Shown in pieces: positions 12,339-24,827 of a stretch of DNA of 64,000 nucleotides. Origin of the DNA: Ostrea edulis (lineage: Eukaryota); the NCBI RefSeq assembly GCF_947568905.1, contig NC_079172.1, forward strand, positions 34,720,001 to 34,784,000, in the 5' to 3' direction. Position numbers and translations under genes: made by a program. Position 1 is the first letter of the stretch. Each line of letters begins with the position of its first letter. The notes beneath the pieces are model-generated. The model searched no databases, was not told where the DNA came from, and was given only the letters and a program-made list of their open reading frames with translations.

Positions 12339-12955
12339 CGCATTACTACGTATGTGCATACAATCTGCAAACTTTATGCGTGTTACGTTGAAGTACTAAG
12401 TTGATTCTCTACATGTATGTACATAGGTAATTATATATTTATTTTCTTCTCTTTTTTTCTTCTTTTCTGTTATACTTTTCAAATAAGTATATTAATCTCC
12501 TATTACACTTACACAAACGCCGTGATAGGAATTAAGTAAATTCTAAGTACTTGAGAATGATGTCTGAAACGATCATGAATATTATGCTCAGTCGAGGTGT
12601 CATATCGAAAACCCATCCCCTTCCAAAACAATGACCACGACAAGCCCAGAATTTTGGTACGATTCCAAATAAAATGGCGGATTTCATCTGAATTCTTATT
12701 CTAAGTCTAATTACTAACGTATATCCAGTTCATTGCAATTAATCTAAATCACGAGACAGCGACCGGATCCATCTGAGATGAACAATGGATGTAACGTTGC
12801 TTGATCGAATATTAAAAACATAAAACAAATAATTAGCCTCATTAATGCTTTGTCAGAATTGCAAACATTGTTAACGATGTAGAGATGGGACTGGGATACG
12901 GGACTTTCTACCATTGCTAGTAGTAATCCATATTTGACATATCGTCAGTTCTTAA

Positions 12956-13326
12956 CAGGCACGTAGCAACAGGGATGGGTGGAGAGAGCTCCCCCATACA
13001 CTTTCTTGACAGCGTTTTTAAATGCAAAGATATCACAGAAGTGTCACAGTAAGATATTTTGGCTGATTGCCCCCCCCCCCCCCCCCTCAATGAAAAATGA
13101 TAACAGTAGCGAATGTTAGTGGAAATGTAAGAATGGAAGCGATGAAGTACCACCGTATATCCCCTTTAGGATTTTGAAATCTGGACAAAACTACCGCGTT
13201 AGGTTTTTCCGCTTTCTTTTCGTGTGCATGCGTGTTTATCGCTTGTCAACAATTTTTAGGTTATTGTGAACTTAGCCTCTTCTCCGACTGCCCCTACCCA
13301 GTTTGAAAAACGATGCTACGTGCCTG
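12956..13326. mobile_element. Non-autonomous DNA transposon (13-bp perfect TIR, 5-bp TSD CTTAA)
   Basis: CAGGCACGTAGCA at 12956-12968 and TGCTACGTGCCTG at 13314-13326; CTTAA at 12951-12955 and 13327-13331. Confidence 0.88.
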
Positions 13327-13349
13327 CTTAAATATAACTACTTTACACA

Positions 13350-13840
13350 TGTATATTCCACCATCAACAGATATATTACGCAATCCGTGTTTTAGCAAAC
13401 ATTTCTATTATCTATTGTAATTAAATCCTGTTTTTGATTTTACTATTGTCCATATTTGCAGATATATTTCACGATCCAGCATTGGAATATTGTCTATATA
13501 AGCTGATACTTGTATTTTTCACAATCCATACTTATTCCACGATCCAGATTTTGCTATTGTCACGAGTCACCGATGTATTCTGCGTTCCCTCTTTTTCTGT
13601 TGTTTCTGTTCGCCTATATTTCCCACAATCCAGACTTCGCTTTTGCTATCATCCATAGGTATATTCCACGACGCACATTTTTCTGTCAGATATTTGCCGT
13701 TGTTCCTATTCGTCTATATATGGTATCTCACAATCCAAAGTTTGGTATTGTTCATACTCCCCAATACATGTACAATGTATATTCCACAATCCAGGTTTTG
13801 CTTTTGATCCTAGTCGCCGATATATTCCACGATCCAGATT
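13350..13840 (-). repeat. Degenerate tandem copies of the TRIM-like C-terminal coding motif
   Basis: About 8-10 copies of TATTCCAC(G/A)ATCCAG (plus strand), e.g. 13461, 13533, 13620, 13777 and the coding copy at ~13820. Confidence 0.7.
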
Positions 13841-15453
13841 TTACTAGACAGGGTTCCGACCCAAAGATTATTGTTTTCATCCACGTCCAGACCCCAGGGT
13901 GAATAAAGTCCGTCCTCTAGCGTCAGTAGATACTGCAGGAAGACGCCATCTTTATCAACGAGATGAATCCGGAAGTGGCTGTTATCGCCAATCAGAATGT
14001 TTCCGTAGGAATCATAAGTGACGTAGAATGGCGAAAATGTATCGCCTTCTAATCCGCGATACGTGAAACGTATACTTCCGGTTTCGTCCACAACAATGAC
14101 GCTGTTTTCAGCTGAATCCGCCACGCAAATATCGCCATTACACGGACTTTCAGAGACCTTCGTAGGGCTTTTATAAAGAGCTTTTCCGTCATCATCAAAT
14201 TGAATTTTTTGCAGAGTGTTTCCCGAGCTATCTAAACGAAGAATTTTTCCTTCGTCTCGTTTTGCCAAGCACACAAGAATGTCGTTTTTCTTCGTTCTGC
14301 ATATTCCTTGCGCGTAAAACGGTGCAGCATTGTAAAAGTCCGACATTTCACCATTGTTGATTGCATTTATTGACTGCCCATTAGATAGAAGTAACAAGTC
14401 ATTCAGGATTGTCAGGTTATATGGGTAGAAATCTAAGAACACTTCATCCAGTACTTCACCTTTGTTGTTCACTAGACGTACCGATTGCGCTCCTGTGCCA
14501 ACCCATGCGTGTCCGTCGGGTAACGTCCGAATGCAATATGCTGCGTCGTTGTTTGTGAGTGTCAAGGTCGACACTTTGCCTATAACTACTCTGACGTGAT
14601 CGGAAGCGTGAGTCGTATTTTTGGGATTTTTTCCCATCTCCATAGGAACAATATCGTTGTCCTGCTGCAGGTATCCGTAAAGTGTTTCTATGGAATTTCT
14701 GTCTACAGCAGTTGACACAAATGTCGGAGGACGAATTGGCTTAAAAGGCTTCCAACTGTTCATATTAGCAAACTTATGGTTAACTTCTTTGGAGAACTGT
14801 ATGAAAAGTCTGTCGTGCTCTCCTTTAATCTCGTTATCACAAGCAGAAAGTAGTGCGTAAGCATGCTCCAGTTCTTCTCTCACTGCAGAGGCAGAAGATT
14901 CCAACAAAATAATGTCGTCATTTTCTCGCTCTTGCAAATTTTTCAGGATAGCCTCACCCGTCATTTCAAGTTGTGACATTAGATGTTTCGTTCTATCAGT
15001 AATTTCTAGACGCAAATAGGCGTCATGCTTCATGTAATCTTCTAGATTTATTCGGATATCCTCGGAAGTCTTGGTCAATTGGGGAATAATGGACTTGCGC
15101 ACATAATTTACTTTCTGTGCTAGCTGAATTCGGAGTTCATAGGCTACTCTCTTTAAGTCTGCTTGTTCATGGTTGCAGTGTTGCTCTTTCCAACAAATAT
15201 CACAAGCCAGTATTTCACAGTTGCTACAAAATGCAATGATGGGTTGTTCCTTGTGAAGCGAACACCGAGCCTCGCTTTCGTCCTTGTTTGATGAGTGGAC
15301 AACCTTACAATGGTCTGTGCAGACGGTATTATTCAGATGGGTACTGTTACATAGTCCACTGCAAGTCTCAAAGGCGCTCTCGTGAATCCTGGAAATATCG
15401 TTTAAGTCCTTACAGGAGGTGGTTTCGGATTTTATACTGTATTCAGCCGACAT
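13810..15453 (-). CDS. RING-less TRIM-like protein: B-box(es), coiled coil, NHL-type beta-propeller (547 aa, single ORF)
   Basis: Intact ORF; B-box2 CSLHKEQPIIAFCSNCEILACDICWKEQHCNH; degenerate upstream Cys/His box; helical heptad region; NHL-like blades (NGDICVAD, YDSYGNILIGD, PWGLDVDENNNLWVG). Confidence 0.9.
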   Translation of the reverse strand: MSAEYSIKSETTSCKDLNDISRIHESAFETCSGLCNSTHLNNTVCTDHCKVVHSSNKDESEARCSLHKEQPIIAFCSNCEILACDICWKEQHCNHEQADLKRVAYELRIQLAQKVNYVRKSIIPQLTKTSEDIRINLEDYMKHDAYLRLEITDRTKHLMSQLEMTGEAILKNLQERENDDIILLESSASAVREELEHAYALLSACDNEIKGEHDRLFIQFSKEVNHKFANMNSWKPFKPIRPPTFVSTAVDRNSIETLYGYLQQDNDIVPMEMGKNPKNTTHASDHVRVVIGKVSTLTLTNNDAAYCIRTLPDGHAWVGTGAQSVRLVNNKGEVLDEVFLDFYPYNLTILNDLLLLSNGQSINAINNGEMSDFYNAAPFYAQGICRTKKNDILVCLAKRDEGKILRLDSSGNTLQKIQFDDDGKALYKSPTKVSESPCNGDICVADSAENSVIVVDETGSIRFTYRGLEGDTFSPFYVTYDSYGNILIGDNSHFRIHLVDKDGVFLQYLLTLEDGLYSPWGLDVDENNNLWVGTLSSKIWIVEYIGD

Positions 15454-17639
15454 TTTGACTTGTCAGTAAACGTTACAATTGTGATGATTTAAGCCTAAAG
15501 CTGAATGAAACCTGTCTTCCTAACATGGAAAACTCAATTACAGCGCTTAATTATCCGAAAGAAGAAATGTCTAATTTCACCATTAAATACACTGGATGCT
15601 AGAAGCGTAAATACGACGGTGAATTAGAGGTCATCCATCTATCGGTTGTTTAGGTGTAGTGCTGGAGATGTCGCTGGTCGTATCTGTCGCCGTCTTCTTT
15701 TTATCTTCTTACTGACTCCCTAGATAAACAAACGGACAAAGTCTGCCGCTGATAGGAACACTGATGCACGTTTGAATCCGTAATCTCTCATTCGTGCAAA
15801 AATCGCAGTAAACAAACATGGCTTGTTGCTTATATATGATTGTCCATGAAATCTTGTACATAGTCCAATTGGCGTATACTACCGAGCTAGTTATTTTGGA
15901 TCTTCCTTATTATGATATAAAAATACACTTGAACACTTATAAATAGATATTGGCATATGATATTGCTTTCCTCATTCTAATCGACTGAGTTAATCCGGAA
16001 TTATGATGAGGAAGTCTTGAGATAGGATTTGGGGTGGAATCATGGAGGATATGTCGGGTTTGGCCTTCTGAGGACAGACTGTGGCTCGTTCAAGAGATTT
16101 AGGCGAGACTAGGGTGTGTGACGTTGACTGATTGCGGCAGAGCACATGGCAATAACCTGCTCAATATGAGAAGTCCTCGGGTGGTCTGGAAATATATTAC
16201 ATACATGAACAGAGTATAGTAATACGTTTACTATAAATTAGTACATATTTATTTTAATTTTTCACCAAACATTACAACAACAACAAAGTACTATATAGTA
16301 TTACTGCATATAATTAGCATTATTTTACGGAAGCTCTAACAATCACAATTGATGCTACACTGGTGCACTGAGAGATTGAGGTATATATACACTGTACATA
16401 TGTAATATCTGCACAATGTGTGCTCTACTTTAGAGCTTATTTGAAAGCATCCGTGTGAATAATGAATATACGCATAATTTCCTATCTTGAACAATATCAT
16501 TGCTTTTATTTCCCTCTATCTTAGATAATAAACTACTCACACTTTGCTCCATATATCCTGTAGAAATAGACAACCAATGTGAACAACATAGGATAACACC
16601 CGGCGTGAAAGATTTCAAATATCCAGTTTTGCAGTCAAAAGTTTAATGACAAAATCAAATAGATCGAGATCAAAATCAAGGGACATAATTTTTCTTCCTT
16701 GGAGAGCGCATCAAATCAAAGGTTTCAGAGGAGGGAAAATAAAGTTCGAAATCACCATTGGTAAATTGAACAGCTCAATCTTATCCGCTGGGAACAATAT
16801 TAGTCAGTAAAGACATTTCATTAAAAAACCTCCGAAGTTATCGTCATGCTCCCAGCTGGATCTTGCGTTTACTTCCAATATCCGCGTATCGATTCTTGGT
16901 TAAAGTCCGAATAATCTGTTTTACTGATACAAAACGGAATGGTGTTTAAAATTGTTAAAGAAAGGGGTTTTGTTCAGATTCGTAAATCTGTTTGGGATCA
17001 ATGTACGACTAGGAGATGAGATATTCTTTGAAATGCGATTTTATATCCTCATATATACACCTTAACGACTTTGTCCGACTGGATTGTCCTTTGCATATGT
17101 ATATAGGATTTAGTTCAATAAGAGATATAAATGTATATGATCAGAAATCAAGATACGTAAGCTGGGACTTAACTGAATGCTCTTAATCCGGGTATGGTGA
17201 CTGCTATATAGCTAGATACCGGGGGTATATAATCACCTCCACGCTTTGTCGTACACACACCCCTCCCAAGTTATTAACCAATTAAAATAGTTATATTTAC
17301 TATAAATATAACTAGTGCAGGTCTAGCCGTGCAACATCGATCCCACATTATTAACCAAGTTTTTTTTTTGTTTTTTTTTTTTTTTTATCTACAACTGAAT
17401 ATAACTAGGTGCAGGACTACACGTGGGGTGCAGGTTTAGTCGTACAATATCCCATCTTATTAACCATGCAATTAAATTTTCATTTCCAAATTAACATATG
17501 TGTAGGTCTAGCCGTGTGAAATACCTTGCAATATCTTTAAAAATGTTGAATCTTTGTTACATGGCTATCATCTTGCATTTCAATTAATCTACGGTTTGTT
17601 TTTGAATCGCATTAAGTGCATGACACAAGGCAATCTTGA

Positions 17640-17939
17640 CCTCTATTTACCTTTCTATCTCTCACCTATAGATGAACGTCTCTATTTACTTTTCTCTCTA
17701 TCTCCTTACAGATGAACATCTTTATCAACCTTTCTCTCTATCTCCTTACAGATGAACGTTTCTCTCTCTCTATTTACCTTTCTCTCTATTTTTCTCCTTA
17801 CAGATAAACGTCTCTATCTACCTTTCTCTCTATCTTTCTCCTTACAGATGAACGTCTCTATCTACCTTTCTCTCTATCTTTCTCCTTACAGATGAACGTC
17901 TCTATTTACCTTTATCTCTATCTTTCTCCTTACAGATGA

Positions 17940-17982
<43 letters not shown>
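17640..17982. repeat. 44-bp pyrimidine-rich minisatellite ending in (CT)n
   Basis: Unit CTTACAGATGAACGTCTCTATCTACCTTTCTCTCTATCTTTCTC, ~7 copies. Confidence 0.9.
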
Positions 17983-17988
<6 letters not shown>

Positions 17989-18039
17989 TTTGCACAGAGG
18001 ATTGAAATACCTAGAGAGCATCAAGAGGAAACCTTTTCC

Positions 18040-18130
18040 ACCTACCCCTCCCCTACACTACCCCTTCCCTACACTACCCCTCCCCTACACTACCCCTTCC
18101 CTACACTACCCCTCCCCTACACTACCCCTT
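18040..18130. repeat. 16-bp C-rich tandem repeat (G-quadruplex-prone on minus strand)
   Basis: Unit CCCCTCCCCTACACTA, ~5.5 copies. Confidence 0.9.
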
Positions 18131-18409
18131 CAACCGACATAAAGCTGTTTAAAATGTTTATGATATGCACTAGTTTAACCTTCAGGGCTTGGCTGAGATT
18201 CGGCTCAGCTGGATATTTCGGCTGACGCCTTCCGTTTTGTTGGATCTGTAGGTATAGGGTTAGGGTTAGGACAATACTCGCATGCATAGTTTGCTTATCC
18301 CCCACCCCTATCATATGCACCAAAGTAAACCCGTGCAAAGTTTGCTTATCCCCTTTCCCATTATATGCACCAAAGTAAAGTTTATGTAAAGACTCATGTG
18401 AACGAGAAT

Positions 18410-19850
18410 TTAGTCACATACATCTCACACATACACACACCTCAAGATACACCTCACATATACATATCTCAACATACACACACCTCAACACACACTCACG
18501 CATACACACACCTCACACATACGTACCTCAACATACACACACATACCTCATATATACTTGTACATACACACACCTCAAACATACACATACACACAACTCA
18601 CACACATACACACACCTCACACATACACACAACTCACACACATCTCACACATACACATACACACACCTCACACATACCACACATACACACACATACACAC
18701 AACTAACACTTACACACATCTCACACATACACACACCTCACACATACACACACCTCACACATATACACACAACTCACACATACACACATCTCACACACAT
18801 ACACACACCTCACACATACACACACCTCACACATACACACACCTCACACATACACACACCTCACACATACACACATCTCACACATACACACATCTCACAC
18901 ACATACACACACCTCACACATACACACACCTCACACATACACACACCTCACACATACACACAACTCACACATATACACAACTCACACATATACACAACTC
19001 ACACATACACACACCTCACACGTACACACACCTCAAACATACACACAACTCACACATACACACAACTCACACATACACACACCTCACACCTCCACACACC
19101 TCACACGTACACACACCTCAAACATCTCACACATACACACACCTCACACATACACACACCTCACACATACACACACCTCACACATACACACATCTCACAC
19201 ATACACACATCTCACACACATACACACACCTCACACATACACACATCTCACACACATACACACACCTCACACATACACACACCTCACACATACACACACC
19301 TCACACATACACACACCTCACACATACACACACCTCACACATACACACAACTCACACATATACACAACTCACACATCTCACACATACACACACCTCACAC
19401 GTACACACACCTCAAACATACACACAACTCACACATACACACAACTCACACATACACACACCTCAAACATACACACACCTCACACATACACACATCTCAC
19501 ACACATACACACACCTCACACATACACACACCTCACACATACACACACCTCACACATACACACACCTCACACATACACACACCTCACACATACACACACC
19601 TCACACATACACACAACTCACACATATACACAACTCACACATCTCACACATACACACACCTCACACGTACACACACCTCAAACATACACACAACTCACAC
19701 ATACACACACCTCAAACATACACACAACTCACACATACACACACCTCAAACATACACACACCTCACACATAAACACACCTCAAACATACACACACCTCAC
19801 ACATACACACAACTCACACCTCACACGTACACACACCTCAAACATACACA
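18410..19850. repeat. Compound CA-rich satellite (~17-bp CACACATACACACACCT units)
   Basis: About 1.4 kb of CACACATACACACACCT/ACT/TCT variants. Confidence 0.95.
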
Positions 19851-19984
19851 TTCCATCCATACACCCTAAACAGACCGTTTCTTTAATTGCTTACCTGCAG
19901 CTCTCCATATGGCTTCTATCTCTGGGGGTCTGTCCATTTGCTTGCTTTCATCCAGCCCTCCCCCTCTCTCTCTCTAGGTATGTT

Positions 19985-19987
<3 letters not shown>

Positions 19988-20066
<79 letters not shown>
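19988..20066. repeat. (CT)n microsatellite
   Basis: Pure CT run. Confidence 0.95.
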
Positions 20067-20067
<1 letters not shown>

Positions 20068-21611
20068 GGTCTTAGCTTACCTGTAACCTCCCCCCTCTCT
20101 CTCTAGGTACTGTTCCTTGGTTCTCTAACATGAAACAAACCATTATCCTTCTCCTTTTATCTATTGTTAAAAAGATAAAAAGCGCAGAAAAGAGGAAAAG
20201 TAAAAATCATGTATACCGGCAAACATTTATCTTCCAACTTATAGAATCAATAAAGGCACAGGCGCTTCATTTGTCAAATTAATGCTTACTTAACGTATAC
20301 ATATTGACAAATCTTTTCACAACACAAAGCATGGGTCGAAAACCCCGCACCACGACGAAGTAATAGCGAAAAATGTGAAGAGAACTTTAACCGCCGAATC
20401 ATTAAAACAAACAAGCATTTCATCGGTCTTATTTACGCAAGAGCTGTTAAATTACCATTTTATTCGCCCCTGTACATTTGTGTATTCGATAGCCTATCAC
20501 CTGACAGGTATATCTTATTTATAAGTTTTCTAGTTTGTTCAATTGCAGTGTTTGCCCAGGTTAGCTTTTTGAAGTGTTTTTTGTTTAATTATACTGACTT
20601 CAATCCATGCATATATTCCCTCATTCTAAATCACTAACTAATGAAAATTCATACTCTATGGGAGGTATGATTTTTATAAATGGTTTGTTTCTAGATATTG
20701 GAGGGGTCCAACAGATTACGTATTGTTTAACACATTTTAGAGAGATAAACAAAAATAAACACAGGTAAGAGATGGACCAGTACCCAAGCACCTGTTACTG
20801 ACAAAAATTCACACTGTGATTCTTCTAAATACCATTATGTGTAAAATACAGCATCCAGCTATACAATTCTACACGATACATGTATGTACAGTACAGTACA
20901 ACAGTGAATTGTCACATTTTCGGGACGACCTGTCCCTTCTTCAGGGCGATAGAATATTTACATAGAAAAGTAAGGAAACTAAAGCTACAACTAAACTACA
21001 AAAGCTGATAACAAACAAAACGTCTACATATTAAAATTATCGAGTGTAATAGAAGAGTTTGTTCCCATCGAGCGTCAAGACTAAAATGAACTAACCAGTC
21101 CTACGCTGGATCCAGTTTTAAAGTAACTTGTTATATTTGTGCTTGCGTTGCTTGTCTGCATTAGACACGAGAAGAAAAGATATCTTCTATATGAGTACAT
21201 AACACACATGAAGAAGACAACCATTTCCTAGAGCACTGTCCTATGATGTCCCCCGCTGACTGGCAACCTGTACAACTTTTAACTTTTATAATTAATCGTC
21301 ACACACTATCTCTATTGTTATAGCGATGTTGCTGAGTTGTTGATCTACATTACCCTCTTAATTTTAATTCAACTTCCATTTCAATAAAAAAAAGACAACT
21401 TGGATATAAACCTCTGTTGATGTTTGAAACTATGCTAGCACGACAGTCCAGTGTTCTACGGGTTAGCTCACTAGCTAAATTGCATGAATAGAGAGGCCAT
21501 CTATTTACTGTCACCACACGTCCAGAGTCTCTCTACTAAGATGTGTCTGTGTATTCAATGATAATTCCACCTTCTTCAGTACGTTTCATATTTCCTGTTT
21601 GGTGTATATTT

Positions 21612-24370
21612 TACTATAGGTTACCTTAGGTGGTTTCTGCACACAGGTCCATTTGGTCCTCTATATGCAGCTCTTCTTCTAGTATTTCTTGTGCCATCTT
21701 TCTTCCGGTGTAGTTGTATTCAGCTGTGTAATCAAATATAATTTCTTGGTTCTCCCAGAATTTGTCAAGTCTATTTTCGAATTGATGCACTTTCTTTGAT
21801 GCGATAACATTTTCGGGCAAAGAGTTCCAGATGTCCACAACTCTGTTTGTGAAGCTGAATTTACGGAGGTCTAGTCTACTTCTTTGTTTCTTTATTTTCA
21901 TTGAGTTTTCTCTAGTTTATCATTATAGCTTAGTTCAAACATTCCTGGTGTTACTCTCTTGTCATAAATTCCATTTAGTATCTTGAATGTTTCAATCATG
22001 TCCCCTCTCATACGACGAAATTTTAGTGTTGGCAACTTCAACTTTTTAATCTCTCTTCATAATTTAAATTTTTCATCTGGGGTAACATTTTTGTCGCTCT
22101 TTTCTGTACATTTTCGACTGCCTCGATGTCTTTTTTCTTGTACGGTGACCAGACGCTACTTGCGTATTCCAAATGTGGACGTACCAAAGACTTAAATAGT
22201 AATGTGAATGTTCTATTGTCCATGAAGCAAAATGAACGTCTCATTAATCCTGCTATTTGGTTTGCCTTGTTTATTTGAATCTGTATGTGCTTTTCAAAAT
22301 TTAAATTTGAGTCTACTGTTACTCCTATATCTTTTTCGCTATCAACATTCTCTACCACTATTCTTTTTCCATCATAAGTTTTCATGGTGTAGTTATGATT
22401 CACAATATGTTTGCCTCTATTCAATACTGGTAATACTTTGCATTTGTCCGGGTGAAATTTGAAAAGCCATGTTTCACTCCAATCGAAAAGATCTGATTGT
22501 ACCACACATTAGTATCATCATCACTGTTGATTTCCTTGAAAATTTTAGTGTCATCGGCAAACAGAAAAACCTCGGATAAAACATTCTCTGGTTTTAGTGT
22601 TAACATTTATGAAAATTACAAATAGCACTGATCCTAAAACTGAGCCTTGCGGTATTCCACTCAAAACTGGGTGCCATTTAGATCTAGACGAATTAACCTA
22701 TACGTACTGTTTTCTTCCGGACAAGAAACATCGGACCCATTTACAAATTTGTTCACTAATTCCATATGCTTTCATCTTTCATGGGGAACTTTGTCGAAAG
22801 CTTTCATAAAGTCCTTGTATACGGCATTTAGTATCCCTCCTTTGTCAAGTATGCTTGTCCATCTGTCAAGTACTTTCAATAATTGTAGTGATGTAGATCG
22901 ACCACCCATAAATCCAAACTGTTTGTCACTAAAGAGGTTAAAACTATCCATATGGTTGATAATCCTCTTTCTTGTAAGTTTTTCTAGAGTCTTACATAGG
23001 ATACTAGTTAAGCTCACCGGTCTGTAGTTGGATGCCAACTTTTTGTCACCTTTCTTAAATAATGCTGTGATTATTGCTTTTTTCCATGTTTCTGGTACTA
23101 TTCCAGTGGTGAAAGATTTGGCGGACCTGGAGACTTTGTAATATTAAAGTCTAATAGTAGTTTTCTAACCTCCTCTTGGGTAATCGAATCATCCGTGTTA
23201 GTATTACTTCCAGCTCTTTCGTTCATATTTGGAAGATTGTTCTTATCCTCTTCAGTAAATACACTGCTAAAAAAGATTGTTAATATTTCTGCTTTGTCAA
23301 GGTCACTAGGCCTACTTGCTATAAACACATTTCCATCTACTTGTTTGTCGTGTAATTCTGATACTCCACTTTTAGACTTCCTTTTAGAGTTTACACCAAA
23401 AGTTCTTACTGTTTGTCTTTGCTGCTTCTGCTACTTGTTCTTCCTTCTCCTTCCTTTCCTTGTGGGTAAGTTTTTTAACCTTATTTCTGGCTTTACAATA
23501 CTCTCGGTACTTTTCTTTACTTTTATCCTCCATATATTTCCCCCATAGTCTATGCTTCCTTTTAATACTATGCACTGCTTCCTTACTAAGTGGATAAGTT
23601 CCTTTTGAGTTTCTTTGTCTACTTTTTGGTATATTTTTCTCTATTCTAAGTCCTTAAACTCAGCTTCCCGGTCAATATCTAATTCATTTCTAAGTCCTTA
23701 AACTCAGCTTCCCAGTCAATATCTAATTCATTTCTAAGTCCTTAAACTCAGCTTCCCGGTCAATATCTAATTTATTTCTAAGTCCTTAAACTCAGCTTCC
23801 CAGTCAATATCTAATTCATTTCTAACTCAGCTTCCAAGTCAATATTTAATTCATTTCTAACTCAGCTTCCCAGTCAATATCTAATTCATTTCTAACTCAG
23901 CTTCCCAGTCAATATCTAATTCATTTCTAAGTCCTTAAACTCAGCTTCCCAGTCAATATCTAATTCATTTCTAAGTCCTTAAACTCAGCTTCCCAGTCAA
24001 TATCTAATTCATTTCTAAGTCCTTAAACTCAACATTTGTATTCGAACTCCAATACAGTGATCACTGGATCCTGAGGGATCCGTATACTCAATGTTCATAA
24101 TGCTATTTGCATCATTAACAAATATCAAGTCCAATAGTGAGGGCTCATGGTCAATCCTAAATCTGGTATTCTTGTCAACCACTTGCTGGAGATAATTATC
24201 TCTTAAACATTCTAGAAATTCACCACTTAAACGATCGTTGGAGGACCAAAAATTCCAGTTTATATTTGGAAAATTGAAGTCTCCTGTAATAACAGTGTGT
24301 GTATACTTCAAGTCTCAGGCTTTGTTTATCACATCAAATAATGACTTTTGAACGAACTATTTACTTTACT
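21612..24370 (-). mobile_element. 5'-truncated, degenerate CR1-group LINE (APE C-terminus + RT)
   Basis: Minus-strand fragments: GDFNFPNINW...LLDLIF...SDH (endonuclease); [48 protein letters not shown] (RT); RKFSFTNRVVDIWNSLP (CR1-type C-terminus); multiple frameshifts. Confidence 0.9.
23644..24030. repeat. 44-bp (and ~34-bp variant) minisatellite expanded from LINE coding sequence
   Basis: Unit TTCTAAGTCCTTAAACTCAGCTTCCCAGTCAATATCTAATTCAT, ~9-10 copies; minus strand reads NELDIDWEAEFKDL. Confidence 0.9.
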
Positions 24371-24670
24371 TTCTATATTTGATTTATATACGTATATCTT
24401 TATGTGTGATGTCTTTTATAAGTTCAATAAAACACTACTAACACGTCGAAATAGTGCTTCGGACAGACATACATGTACTATAGCACTGTTCGTGGGTTCA
24501 CGATTTACGCATCGGGGATAGAATACGGTTTTAAAATTAATTCTTAATCGGGTTCGGAATTATTAAAATACAGAACACAGGAAAATACAAACAATTTTGT
24601 CAAAATCACTTTGATTGAGTTTGAGCAGGAGTTTGACCAGGTTGGAGTGTTTGCCATTTCCTGTGTAGAA

Positions 24671-24827
24671 ATGGCTGGTAAAATGGAAGTGGACAGTCCT
24701 AGTGGAAGTGTGATGGCGTCCACAAGTTGTCCAGGCAGCGTATCTGTGTCTCTTCATCCACTGGTCATCATGAACATATCTGAACACTGGACTCGAGTCC
24801 GGGCTCAAGAAGGAAAACCAATTCAAG
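24671..24827 (+). CDS. COPS6: COP9 signalosome subunit 6, exon 1
   Basis: MAGKMEVD...SVSLHPLVIMNISEHWTRVRAQEGKPIQ; donor G|GTACAT; matches the CSN6 MPN N-terminus. Confidence 0.95.

Noticed and set aside
16877-16897. Minus-strand KNRYADI, similar to the protein tyrosine phosphatase motif 1
   Set aside because: Not followed by the expected LPYD..RV; stop soon after; no other PTP exons found
18255-18270. TTAGGG telomeric repeat
   Set aside because: Only ~2.5 units; too short to call an interstitial telomere
18365-19772. 404-aa His/Thr-rich ORF resembling a histidine-rich glycoprotein
   Set aside because: Pure CA-rich satellite that cannot form stops in this orientation; no signal peptide or splice context
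20500-20950. Possible Penelope remnant (TCGGGACGACCTGTCCCTTCTTCAG)
   Set aside because: Only a short motif recognised from memory; no open frame or boundary to support a call
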